From a virus: 64,000 bases of DNA. The position numbers were made by a program, and so were the translations under genes. Shown here piece after piece: positions 18,612-26,018 of the stretch (its first letter is position 1; the number at the start of each line of letters is the position of its first letter). Location: the IMG/VR virus record IMGVR_UViG_3300031992_000044; one strand, written 5' to 3'. A model generated the notes under the pieces. It was not told the origin of the DNA. It did no database searches and saw nothing but the letters and a program-made list of their open reading frames with translations.

Positions 18612-18935
18612 TATACTCAGTTTGACCCACTGAGTCTTAGAATAACTTCGTGCTGAGTCCGATTAGAAGAGCGTCTTTTCGACTTAGTTATCTAAGTTGG
18701 ACAGGTATACATATGTCCGCGTTTAATGCAATTGCACCCTCTCATCATTCGTACAGTAGAGATTGTCTAGACGTTGTATTCAGTTTCCTCATTTAATTCT
18801 GACTAACTGATAAAATCCAGATTCTGTACTTGCGGGCTTGAGGTTTCCGCTTTAGCTGATTTCTATGCAATATTGTAATGAACTCCCGTGCTTCACAGCA
18901 GAGGAGTTCAATAATGAATAAAATTAAAAGGACAT

Positions 18936-19124
18936 TCATACTCTCACGAGTATTATATCATTTATAGCACACTCAAGTAACGGTGTTCCATTACGCGAGT
19001 CCACTACATTTGGGCACATCGTTATGCTATTTAGTGCACATCCATAGCATTTATTTATTCTACGTTTTGCTCTATAGACAGCATTGTTTATTGTGCACAG
19101 CTGTCCTGGCTTTGGCGTCTTCAT
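18936..19124 (-). CDS. Small Cys-rich protein (62 aa), paralog of 17770..18003
   Basis: ORF-track ORF with an ATGA overlap with the upstream gene. Shared N-terminal motif GQLCTINNAVYR. Confidence 0.6.
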   Translation of the reverse strand: MKTPKPGQLCTINNAVYRAKRRINKCYGCALNSITMCPNVVDSRNGTPLLECAINDIILVRV

Positions 19125-19585
19125 ATTACGTAGATATTATTCCATCTTGCTGCCACTTTTTTTTCTTTTGGGCGTAACGAAGACAGACGATACGGATTCC
19201 AAAATATTGGCTCAGTTACTACCACCGATATTTTTGAGTGTGGATTATAAAATACAGTCACATCATATTTACCACGATGCATTGACGTGAGCTCCTCTGT
19301 TTTATCAATTGCATCTTCCCATCTTTTTGTAGATGGATGCGTAATGACTGATGGACGATTTTTTATCAACCATTCTAAGTCATCCACGGGTAGTTGCAAT
19401 TTGATGCATTTTAACTTTTTCAATCGGCTGCGTAATCTTGCGAATGACCCAATAGAGTTTTTAGGTACATGATGTACATATACCTGTGTACCTTCGACAT
19501 CATCTACCATCAGTAGTCCTCCTATTAGAACATTACTGTTTTCCATTTTTGTTCGTACGAAATCTCCTTCTTTTAAATATTCCAT
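19121..19585 (-). CDS. Hypothetical protein (154 aa)
   Basis: ORF-track ORF with a TTATCAAAA-ATG leader. Confidence 0.75.
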   Translation of the reverse strand: MEYLKEGDFVRTKMENSNVLIGGLLMVDDVEGTQVYVHHVPKNSIGSFARLRSRLKKLKCIKLQLPVDDLEWLIKNRPSVITHPSTKRWEDAIDKTEELTSMHRGKYDVTVFYNPHSKISVVVTEPIFWNPYRLSSLRPKEKKVAARWNNIYVI

Positions 19586-19653
19586 TTTTGATAAAATTTA
19601 AACGTTTAAACTCGTGCAGACATTATAGCCCACTAACACTTGGGTTGCAGTTC

Positions 19654-19710
19654 CTTAGAACCAGAATAAGGATGATGATTGCCACACCTATCCAAAATCC
19701 TGGTTCTAAG
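19654..19710. other. 11-bp perfect inverted repeat with a 35-nt spacer
   Basis: CTTAGAACCAG (19654-19664) pairs with CTGGTTCTAAG (19700-19710). Confidence 0.5.
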
Positions 19711-19717
19711 TTGTTAT

Positions 19718-19819
19718 TTATTCTCTGGGCTTCCATAACTTTAGTATTAGTATAGTTAATCCAGAGAATACTACAGAGTACAGTATCATTTTCAAGATAC
19801 CATATGTGATACCTGTCAT
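19718..19819 (-). CDS. Possible 33-aa single-TM peptide
   Basis: Hand-found ORF below the track cutoff: MTGITYGILKMILYSVVFSGLTILILKLWKPRE. Its ATG overlaps the upstream TGA (ATGA). Confidence 0.4.
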   Translation of the reverse strand: MTGITYGILKMILYSVVFSGLTILILKLWKPRE

Positions 19820-20049
19820 TTTGTAATCAAATATGAGCATTGTTCTTCACCTCCGAGATTTTTAATAACCTTGGAGATATCAATCTGAGCTATTTTTGCC
19901 GCATTTTCAGACGGCAATTTAGCTAGTAAGAGAGTGGCAGTGCCGCTCTTGACGAAGAGACGGCGACTGTCGTTTCCTTTAGAATCTACTCGCTTCTTTT
20001 TAGGAAGTGGTGGATTCTGTTGGTTTATTTGTCGTACTCTTTCAGCCAT
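19816..20049 (-). CDS. Hypothetical protein (77 aa)
   Basis: ORF-track ORF with a 25-nt overlap with the upstream gene. Confidence 0.55.
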   Translation of the reverse strand: MAERVRQINQQNPPLPKKKRVDSKGNDSRRLFVKSGTATLLLAKLPSENAAKIAQIDISKVIKNLGGEEQCSYLITK

Positions 20050-20525
20050 GCTTCGAACATTTGTTTCAATAATGACTCACTAATACGTCTATATAGTACT
20101 TCGAATGATAGATCTGAATCCCTTCCGAGTAGAATTGCACCCGATGTACCCATACGAGTATTAGTCTCATCCCACGTTTCAATTATTTCTCTAACAAACT
20201 TCTTATCTTCTTCTAGTTGTTTGTTGCTGGAATCAGTTGAATCTACTTCGGGAAGATCGTTGACAAATGCAATTAGGTCTCTACATCTTGCTCTTGCTTC
20301 ACTGATGTTTCTAACCTTACAGCATTCTGCTAGTTCTTTAACTTCTACGAAGAATCGACCATCTCTTGGTGAAATGTTAATCGCAAAAATATGATTATCT
20401 TTACACCAATTTTTTATTGTTTGTTTATTGATAATCGCATTAAATTTGTTCTTCCACTCAAGGTTTACTTCTTTTACGCACGTTATTTCTAAGCGCTCGT
20501 TTACAGATTTGATAACTGTTTCCAT
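20025..20525 (-). CDS. Hypothetical protein (166 aa)
   Basis: ORF-track ORF. Confidence 0.75.
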   Translation of the reverse strand: METVIKSVNERLEITCVKEVNLEWKNKFNAIINKQTIKNWCKDNHIFAINISPRDGRFFVEVKELAECCKVRNISEARARCRDLIAFVNDLPEVDSTDSSNKQLEEDKKFVREIIETWDETNTRMGTSGAILLGRDSDLSFEVLYRRISESLLKQMFEAWLKEYDK

Positions 20526-20528
20526 TGT

Positions 20529-20711
20529 TCAAATTTTTTGATTGATTTCGTCCACTTGTTCAAGGACAACTTTTTGGATGTTGTCATGACGCTTTTGCTC
20601 ATTTTTAAGAGCTTTTAATTCAGAGTTTACTCTATATATGAGCACAAGTGCCCATACTAAGAAGATGAGAGTTAATGCTATATGGAAGCGCTCTAAGATT
20701 TCTAATGTCAT
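20529..20711 (-). CDS. Small TM protein (60 aa)
   Basis: ORF-track ORF with hydrophobic core LTLIFLVWALVLIY and a TTATCAAA-ATG leader. Confidence 0.6.
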   Translation of the reverse strand: MTLEILERFHIALTLIFLVWALVLIYRVNSELKALKNEQKRHDNIQKVVLEQVDEINQKI

Positions 20712-20725
20712 TTTGATAATGTTTT

Positions 20726-20839
20726 TTGATGTTATTCACTTGTAGAAGACCTGTCGCTTCTACTCGACCCACGAAACGCTTCGTAGTAAAATATGCAGAT
20801 TAATACTACAATGATAAAACCTACAAATAATCCACTCAT
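20726..20839 (-). CDS. Possible 37-aa single-TM peptide
   Basis: Hand-found ORF: MSGLFVGFIIVVLICIFYYEAFRGSSRSDRSSTSE. ATGA overlap with the upstream stop. Confidence 0.4.
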
Positions 20840-21102
20840 ATTTCAGAACGTTTAGCAAGATCTGTCATTATTTGTTGCGGTACAGAGTACTCCGAATGTC
20901 CACGTAATACACCATAATGTACTTTGTCGAGATGTTCAGCAATATTACACATTGCTTTTACTAACGCATCACCGTTCTTGTTGCATACTGCGAGAACGAT
21001 ATTTCCATCACTTGCTTTGAATGTGACGTGTGGCACATCACCTAAAGCATTTTCAACTTGTTTGATGATTTTCTCATCTTTTGTTACTAGCTTTTTACTC
21101 AT
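20836..21102 (-). CDS. Hypothetical protein (88 aa)
   Basis: Track ORF 20836..21204 runs through a terminator hairpin. The ATG at 21102 (MSKKLVTKDEK) lies just after it. Confidence 0.7.
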   Translation of the reverse strand: MSKKLVTKDEKIIKQVENALGDVPHVTFKASDGNIVLAVCNKNGDALVKAMCNIAEHLDKVHYGVLRGHSEYSVPQQIMTDLAKRSEI

Positions 21103-21137
21103 TTTGTTAATATTTAAGGGTTTAAAATTGATTTTCA

Positions 21138-21165
21138 AACAAAAGGCGCACTTAGAGTGTGCGCC
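21138..21165 (-). terminator. Intrinsic terminator closing the 21166-22084 ORF-free block
   Basis: Minus-sense GGCGCAC-ACTCTAA-GTGCGCC followed by TTTTGTTTGAAAATCAAT. Confidence 0.75.
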
Positions 21166-21330
21166 ATACTCATCTGTGAGGTTTTCGAAGTTCGTTGCCG
21201 CCATGCGCTTAATGGTTCGGTTTCAGCGCAATCCATACCAGAAGGGCTGTCATCCCTTGTATACTGGCCCTACTAACCATAGTTTTGACGTACTATTTTT
21301 ATCACAGGGGAGTATTGTACTTCTAATCCC

Positions 21331-21366
21331 GACATTTACATGTTTCGTCTTAATTTTCAAAGACTC
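21331..21366 (-). repeat. Conserved element copy 1 (candidate promoter or RNA 5' module)
   Basis: Minus-sense GAGTCTTTGAAAATTAAGACGAAAC (25/25 identical to copy 2), then AAATGTC after a 2-nt indel. Contains the hairpin GTCTT..AAGAC. Lies immediately downstream of a terminator. Confidence 0.5.
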
Positions 21367-21380
21367 TTCAGGGGATTTAA

Positions 21381-21413
21381 TAAAACTCCTCATATCTTCA
21401 CAGACCTGAGGAG
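21381..21413 (-). terminator. Intrinsic terminator
   Basis: Minus-sense CTCCTC-(loop)-GAGGAG followed by TTTTATT. Confidence 0.6.
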
Positions 21414-21474
21414 GAATAACTAGATAACTAAAAAAACCTAAAACTTATATGGATAATTGTTATAATGGTTCTTA

Positions 21475-21520
21475 TAAAAGGGCGGAGAGGGCCCCTTGTC
21501 CATGCTTCGGATCTCCGCCC
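21475..21520 (-). terminator. Intrinsic terminator
   Basis: Minus-sense GGGCGGAGA-(23-nt loop)-TCTCCGCCC followed by TTTTATAAG. Confidence 0.7.
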
Positions 21521-21987
21521 TGCACTCTACGTTCCTAGCATCTATAGCTGCATCACGATTCTTTACACAGATTAACCAACTGAGCATTCTGCTTTTCTTT
21601 CTGTGCGAGTGACCATACATAGATGGATTTTTGTTTGTGAGGACTAGTATCATCACCTCACAGTACCCTCTCTTTACGTCAAGCAGGGCTTTGTTTTTGT
21701 AAGGACTTGGAACGGTAGTCACCTCACTGTACACCTATTGCCTAGTGTCTTTCGACCAATGTGCTTTGTGGAGTCTTAGGTCCGATTACTCCCAGAACGT
21801 CTTTTTGAGCGTTTCAGTTTATCTTACGCACAACTTGACTACTTTTGTTTTTCAACCTTTTTTCAAACAAAGCGCGAATCAATCCACAAGGTTTTCTCAG
21901 TGTTCGTTTAATGTCATGCTGCTGAGCTACCCACATGACTAACAATACAGCTTACGATTTCCTTGGTCACGTAATACTGCATCAAAA

Positions 21988-22021
21988 GACATTTCCGTTT
22001 CGTCTTAATTTTCAAAGACTC
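21988..22021 (-). repeat. Conserved element copy 2
   Basis: The same 25-mer as 21342-21366 plus the shared GACATTT (plus-sense) flank. Confidence 0.5.
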
Positions 22022-22084
22022 ATCGGGCGCTTTGGTGAGCGCAACGGAAGAGCAGTTTTAACACTTGCTTAGGTGCTGAATAAC

Positions 22085-22282
22085 TCATAGACGAGCTATT
22101 CTTTGATACGGTGCAAGCATTGCTGCTTGCATCGGAGTTACTGCGAGCTTGATGCTCCCACACTTGGCGTATATGGATTTCTCTCTACGCCCTGTTGTGC
22201 CAGCTTTGCGGTCATGAGATATCATGATGTGGCTACCGTCTGAGCTGGCTACTGCTGATGGATTGAATCTACGTCTATGCAT
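22085..22282 (-). CDS. Possible small basic protein (65 aa)
   Basis: ORF-track ORF. Its ATG lies 1 nt after the stop of 22284..22619. Coding status uncertain. Confidence 0.4.
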   Translation of the reverse strand: MHRRRFNPSAVASSDGSHIMISHDRKAGTTGRREKSIYAKCGSIKLAVTPMQAAMLAPYQRIARL

Positions 22283-22283
22283 A

Positions 22284-22619
22284 TTAGTATTCTAACATAA
22301 ATTTCTCTAATGCTATAATCTCATAATTGAGTTGTTTCTTGTATGATATATAATCAACTCTTGTACAGTCACCTTTACAGTTTTCAAATATAGTATTTCT
22401 GCCATATTTGTATAGAATAATCATTATAATTAATCTATTTAATGAATACCTATTTTTTGTATAAAGACGATAATGTTGAGTTATATTTTGAGCTGATTCA
22501 TATCGTATTGTTGGGAGAAGATGAGCTCTTATCTTTGTTGGAGAACACATTATACTATTGTGGCTTGTTATGTATTTCTCTAACGCAGATACAATGTTTT
22601 GAAATGTATCATAGTCCAT
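22284..22619 (-). CDS. Hypothetical protein (111 aa from MDYDTF)
   Basis: Track ORF 22284..22715. The ATG at 22619 carries a GAAATCAATCACCAATAAT-ATG leader like that of 23635..24042. Confidence 0.5.
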   Translation of the reverse strand: MDYDTFQNIVSALEKYITSHNSIMCSPTKIRAHLLPTIRYESAQNITQHYRLYTKNRYSLNRLIIMIILYKYGRNTIFENCKGDCTRVDYISYKKQLNYEIIALEKFMLEY

Positions 22620-22730
22620 ATTATTGGTGATTGATTTCGAAGAAAGAACCGACACAATCTTTTGGATTGTACAATTGGCGACTAGCCCTACCAAGTGGCT
22701 CATGTGCCGGTTCAAGTGAGGAAATAGAGT

Positions 22731-22762
22731 GTGCCCAGCTCTTTAACGTGGCTGGGCTTTAC
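22731..22762 (-). repeat. 32-nt identical hairpin element, copy 2
   Basis: GTGCCCAGCTCTTTAACGTGGCTGGGCTTTAC is identical to 24072-24103. The stem is GCCCAGC/GCTGGGC. Confidence 0.8.
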
Positions 22763-23634
22763 TTTGTTATTTGAATTGATTTCAAATATAAAAGGCTGAG
22801 TGTTGACCTTTTGTGTTACCATTTATATCTCTTTCAAGATATTCACACACCTGTTTTTATCAAGTAGGTAACATACGGACACATTTTTATTAGAAATGTG
22901 CAAAAACTACTCTCATATTATGTAGACTAATTTCTCACTCATGGCGCTTGCGGCTTAACAGAGTGCCCCCTGAGACCAGATAAGTTTGATTTCATCTTTG
23001 TGTTTTCCTTGCGGTACTCACACAATCTGCGTATTACAGCAGAACAACCGTATTTTCATACGAGAGTGCATAACACTTTTGCTTTTGTTAAATACTTTGG
23101 ATAAAATAGATAACTAGAGCTCTGCTTGGAAGATGTGGTTATGCTTGTCACCATACTGGCTTTTGACCAGCTGCAGGTGCAACACCTTCCTATTTTCGCC
23201 TGCCAAGGCTACTCATTTCTAATAGTTTTATTTATCCTACCATTTCTGACTCAAGTAACCAGCTGGAGTTCACCATTGGTTGATGAATAGGATATTACTA
23301 ATAGATTACACACTCTATTGGACTGGCAATCCTCTGGAGTATGATTATACTATATATTGTCGGTGTTACCACCCAAGGTAGCTTAGCAAGAGCCACCGTA
23401 TACCTCTTCAACTCTGCCCGAGTATCCCAAGATATACTTATATAGTATAGCTTTCTTATGAACAGAGTCTGTGCTAAAGCACATATCTGCGCACACTCTT
23501 TCTAAAGGAGTGCACTTTATAGCATCGCTGCTTTATTCTCAAAGACAAGAAGCCTGCCTTCCATCACCGTTCACATTACTGTGCCGACTACTTTGGATAT
23601 GTCGGGTGTAGGTTTAAAGGGGCTAATGCCCAAG
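22763..23634. ncRNA. ORF-free block (~870 nt), candidate noncoding RNA
   Basis: No ORF of 60 aa or more. In 22741-22920, TAA/TGA triplets hit all three minus-sense frames. Hairpins include CGTAT-TTTC-ATACG at about 23050. Confidence 0.3.
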
Positions 23635-24042
23635 TCAGACTTCCTCATATTGAGTGACTGGCTTGAGCACTTTGTAACCCAGTTCTTTTAGCATCTTTAT
23701 TGCTCGGTTTACATCGAGTTCAAGTTGCTTTTTGTCTGGGTTTGAGGCCATACGGTTTCTTCCAATATAGCCATAATCATCCCACACCTTTTGTAAGCGT
23801 GAAATATGTATTGGTTTTGGGTTGAAACAATATTTACCTCGTTGTATACGGATAAACGGAGGGTTTTCTCCATTTACCATACATTTTATGAGATTACCAC
23901 TCGTGGCATATCCCATTTTGTTTAAGAGAACTTTGAACTCTTCAAGATTATAGGTCTTGCCGTTTTCATTCTCTCTACGCAGATTAAATCTCATGATTTC
24001 CTGCTCATCAACAATGTGATGCGTCTTTCTTTGCTGTGCCAT
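23635..24042 (-). CDS. Hypothetical protein (135 aa)
   Basis: ORF-track ORF with a TGA stop. Confidence 0.75.
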   Translation of the reverse strand: MAQQRKTHHIVDEQEIMRFNLRRENENGKTYNLEEFKVLLNKMGYATSGNLIKCMVNGENPPFIRIQRGKYCFNPKPIHISRLQKVWDDYGYIGRNRMASNPDKKQLELDVNRAIKMLKELGYKVLKPVTQYEEV

Positions 24043-24071
24043 ATGTTTATTGATTGAATTGATTTCAAGTT

Positions 24072-24103
24072 GTGCCCAGCTCTTTAACGTGGCTGGGCTT
24101 TAC
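24072..24103 (-). repeat. 32-nt identical hairpin element, copy 1
   Basis: Identical to 22731-22762. Lies between small ORF 24108..24248 and gene 23635..24042. Confidence 0.8.
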
Positions 24104-24107
24104 GTTA

Positions 24108-24248
24108 TCAGGTGTACCATATATCATTCTGGGGATTTAATTCTGGCAATGTTATCCCCAAAGATAATGTTATTTGAGCAAGTCTTTTATATTCTTGTTC
24201 TTCATCAAATGGTACAGCAAAGTTTTCTGCTATTCTTCTGTAGTTCAT
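24108..24248 (-). CDS. Possible 46-aa protein
   Basis: Hand-found ORF: MNYRRIAENFAVPFDEEQEYKRLAQITLSLGITLPELNPQNDIWYT. The ATG follows a terminator and an AATCAATCAAATAACAT leader. Confidence 0.45.
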   Translation of the reverse strand: MNYRRIAENFAVPFDEEQEYKRLAQITLSLGITLPELNPQNDIWYT

Positions 24249-24270
24249 ATGTTATTTGATTGATTGATTC

Positions 24271-24317
24271 AAACAAAAGCGGGAGAGTTGCTGAGTACAG
24301 ACCAGCATCGCTCTCCC
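24271..24317 (-). terminator. Intrinsic terminator
   Basis: Minus-sense GGGAGAG-(CGATGCTG..CAGCAA)-CTCTCCC followed by GCTTTTGTTTGAATCAAT. Confidence 0.7.
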
Positions 24318-24459
24318 TACTTAATCACAAAGTTGAGCTACTTTTTTGGCATTTCCCCATAGCTCTACGTTAGCGCCATGATCCGGGCTTTATTAGTGTG
24401 TGCAATTTAATGTTTAACTCCAGGGTGTACAACGGTCAAATCATACACCCTATCAACGT

Positions 24460-24705
24460 TCATGTAAATGTTGAAATGATGTTTGATGCCAATTCAATTT
24501 CTGACTCCAATATACACATAAAAATAGCCTCTATACGACTGAGATCATCATCTGTTAAGTACTCTTTTTTCTGATTTGGAGTACGATGATTTTCAATCAC
24601 TTTGACTACTTTTGTGCATATCTCTACCATCTGTTCAAGCTCGCGTGTTGTAAACTCCACGTGCTTACCGACGATAGCATCTCGGGTGATCAACTCTGTT
24701 TTCAT
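24460..24705 (-). CDS. Hypothetical protein (81 aa)
   Basis: ORF-track ORF. Confidence 0.65.
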   Translation of the reverse strand: MKTELITRDAIVGKHVEFTTRELEQMVEICTKVVKVIENHRTPNQKKEYLTDDDLSRIEAIFMCILESEIELASNIISTFT

Positions 24706-24771
24706 ATATCTATTGATTAGGAAATGTTATTTGCTTTGTTCACTTTGGCTATTTATAGTGTTGTTATACGT

Positions 24772-24813
24772 CAAAACAAAAGGCGAGGAGCCGTGCTATG
24801 TGCACGACCCCTC
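24772..24813 (-). terminator. Intrinsic terminator directly after the TAG stop of 24821..25438
   Basis: Minus-sense GAGGGGTCGTGC-ACATA-GCACGGCTCCTC followed by GCCTTTTGTTTTGA. Confidence 0.7.
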
Positions 24814-24820
24814 TGTGTTG

Positions 24821-25438
24821 CTAAACTGCGGGAACGGCTGCTGGTGTTGAAACGCTATTTGTTAATGGGGTTTCGGGAGCACCTGGCAGTACGATACCTG
24901 CTGATTGTCCGTTATCGAACTGTGACGCAGGAGCGTACAGGTTGTTCCAGATGGAACTTGCCTGCTCTTCGGGCGACCAACCTTTGGCATACCTGAGTTC
25001 GCCAGTTTCATTGTCCGCAATCTTCTTTGTCAGCACGATGATGCTGTTTCTGCGATAGAACTGGCCGTTCTTCGGGTTAACCATCGGCACATTCTCTCCG
25101 TCCTTCAAGCGCACCATGTCCACACCGCCAGGTGAGAGCACCTGTTCGAACTGCGCGTGTGTCATCACGAGCAACTCTGCTGGAATGGGCTTCGTGGCGT
25201 CCTTCAACTGACTTGGGAGCCAAGTCTGTCTGCCGAACTGGTCAACAGGGCCTGGTAGTGCTGGCACGATGTACTCGGAGATTTTCTTGACCATTCGCTC
25301 GTTGAACGTGGTCATCGTACCTGGCTCGTCCCAGTCATCGTCGGGGTTAACTACTGTGGCCTGTAAAAAGAGGCTGCCTGCGTTGGGCTTACCGTCCGCA
25401 ACTTTGCGCAACTTAATGTCTTCTAAATTGTACTTCAT
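24821..25438 (-). CDS. Hypothetical protein (205 aa), GC-rich codons
   Basis: ORF-track ORF. It ends in TAG, 7 nt before a terminator hairpin. Noticeably higher GC than its neighbours. Confidence 0.8.
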   Translation of the reverse strand: MKYNLEDIKLRKVADGKPNAGSLFLQATVVNPDDDWDEPGTMTTFNERMVKKISEYIVPALPGPVDQFGRQTWLPSQLKDATKPIPAELLVMTHAQFEQVLSPGGVDMVRLKDGENVPMVNPKNGQFYRRNSIIVLTKKIADNETGELRYAKGWSPEEQASSIWNNLYAPASQFDNGQSAGIVLPGAPETPLTNSVSTPAAVPAV

Positions 25439-25465
25439 ACTTTAAAACGTTTTAAGTGGAACAAT

Positions 25466-25510
25466 GTTATGCAGTTGATGTCTGCATTCGATAATAAATG
25501 GCTTATTCGA
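25466..25510 (-). promoter_or_regulatory. Repeated upstream element R1 (candidate promoter/operator of 24821..25438)
   Basis: Minus-sense TCGAATAAGCCATTTATTATCGAATGCA...TGCATAAC, 28-72 nt upstream of the ATG. Contains two ATTCGA hexamers 21 nt apart. Confidence 0.5.
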
Positions 25511-25599
25511 TTTCTGCCTAGTTGTGTACGACTATGGTTATCAGTATAGATTGTGTACCTAGCGTGTTGTGTGTGTCAAACATAAGCCAAACCTACGCA

Positions 25600-25794
25600 T
25601 TACCGCGCAGGATTGGACTTTTCCGCGTATCGCACGTTGTCCACGAATGTGATGCGTGTGAACCGCTTGTTGAGGTGCTTTTTGCAGCGCAGTGCTGCTG
25701 CGAAGCACTCCTCTTGTGTGGGATACTCGGGAGATGTACGCCAGTTGCCGTTGGACATCTCGATGCTGAACTGATAGGTGGTAATTGTTTCCAT
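25600..25794 (-). CDS. Hypothetical small protein (64 aa), GC-rich codons
   Basis: ORF-track ORF with a TAA stop, preceded by element R2. Confidence 0.6.
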   Translation of the reverse strand: METITTYQFSIEMSNGNWRTSPEYPTQEECFAAALRCKKHLNKRFTRITFVDNVRYAEKSNPAR

Positions 25795-25809
25795 AATCTA
25801 TTTTGTTAA

Positions 25810-25849
25810 GTTATGCAATATTGCATTCGATAGGAAAAGGCTTATTCGA
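25810..25849 (-). promoter_or_regulatory. Repeated upstream element R2 (candidate promoter/operator of 25600..25794)
   Basis: Minus-sense TCGAATAAGCCTTTTCCTATCGAATGCA-ATAT-TGCATAAC, 16-55 nt upstream of the ATG. Confidence 0.5.
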
Positions 25850-25973
25850 CCGGAAGTTACCCGGGGGTACTTTCCTTTTGGCGAACAGGTGGGGAGGTGA
25901 TTGGAGTGTGTTTCTTGTTTCTGCATATATAATACAATTTCTCGTTTCCACACTCGCACAACAAAAAATTTTG

Positions 25974-26018
25974 CAAAAAAAAATAAAAAGAGCTAAGAAG
26001 ATTACTCCTCCTAGCTCT
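25974..26018 (-). terminator. Strong intrinsic terminator
   Basis: Minus-sense AGAGCTA-(loop)-TAGCTCT followed by TTTTTATTTTTTTTTGC. Confidence 0.75.

Larger units (their letters stand above)
21166..22084 (-). ncRNA. Two candidate noncoding transcription units (~510 nt and ~190 nt)
   Basis: No credible ORF. A conserved ~35-nt element occurs twice (21331-21366, 21988-22021). Minus-sense terminators lie at 21475-21520, 21381-21413 and 21138-21165. Internal repeat GTGAGGTGA and many hairpins. Confidence 0.4.
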
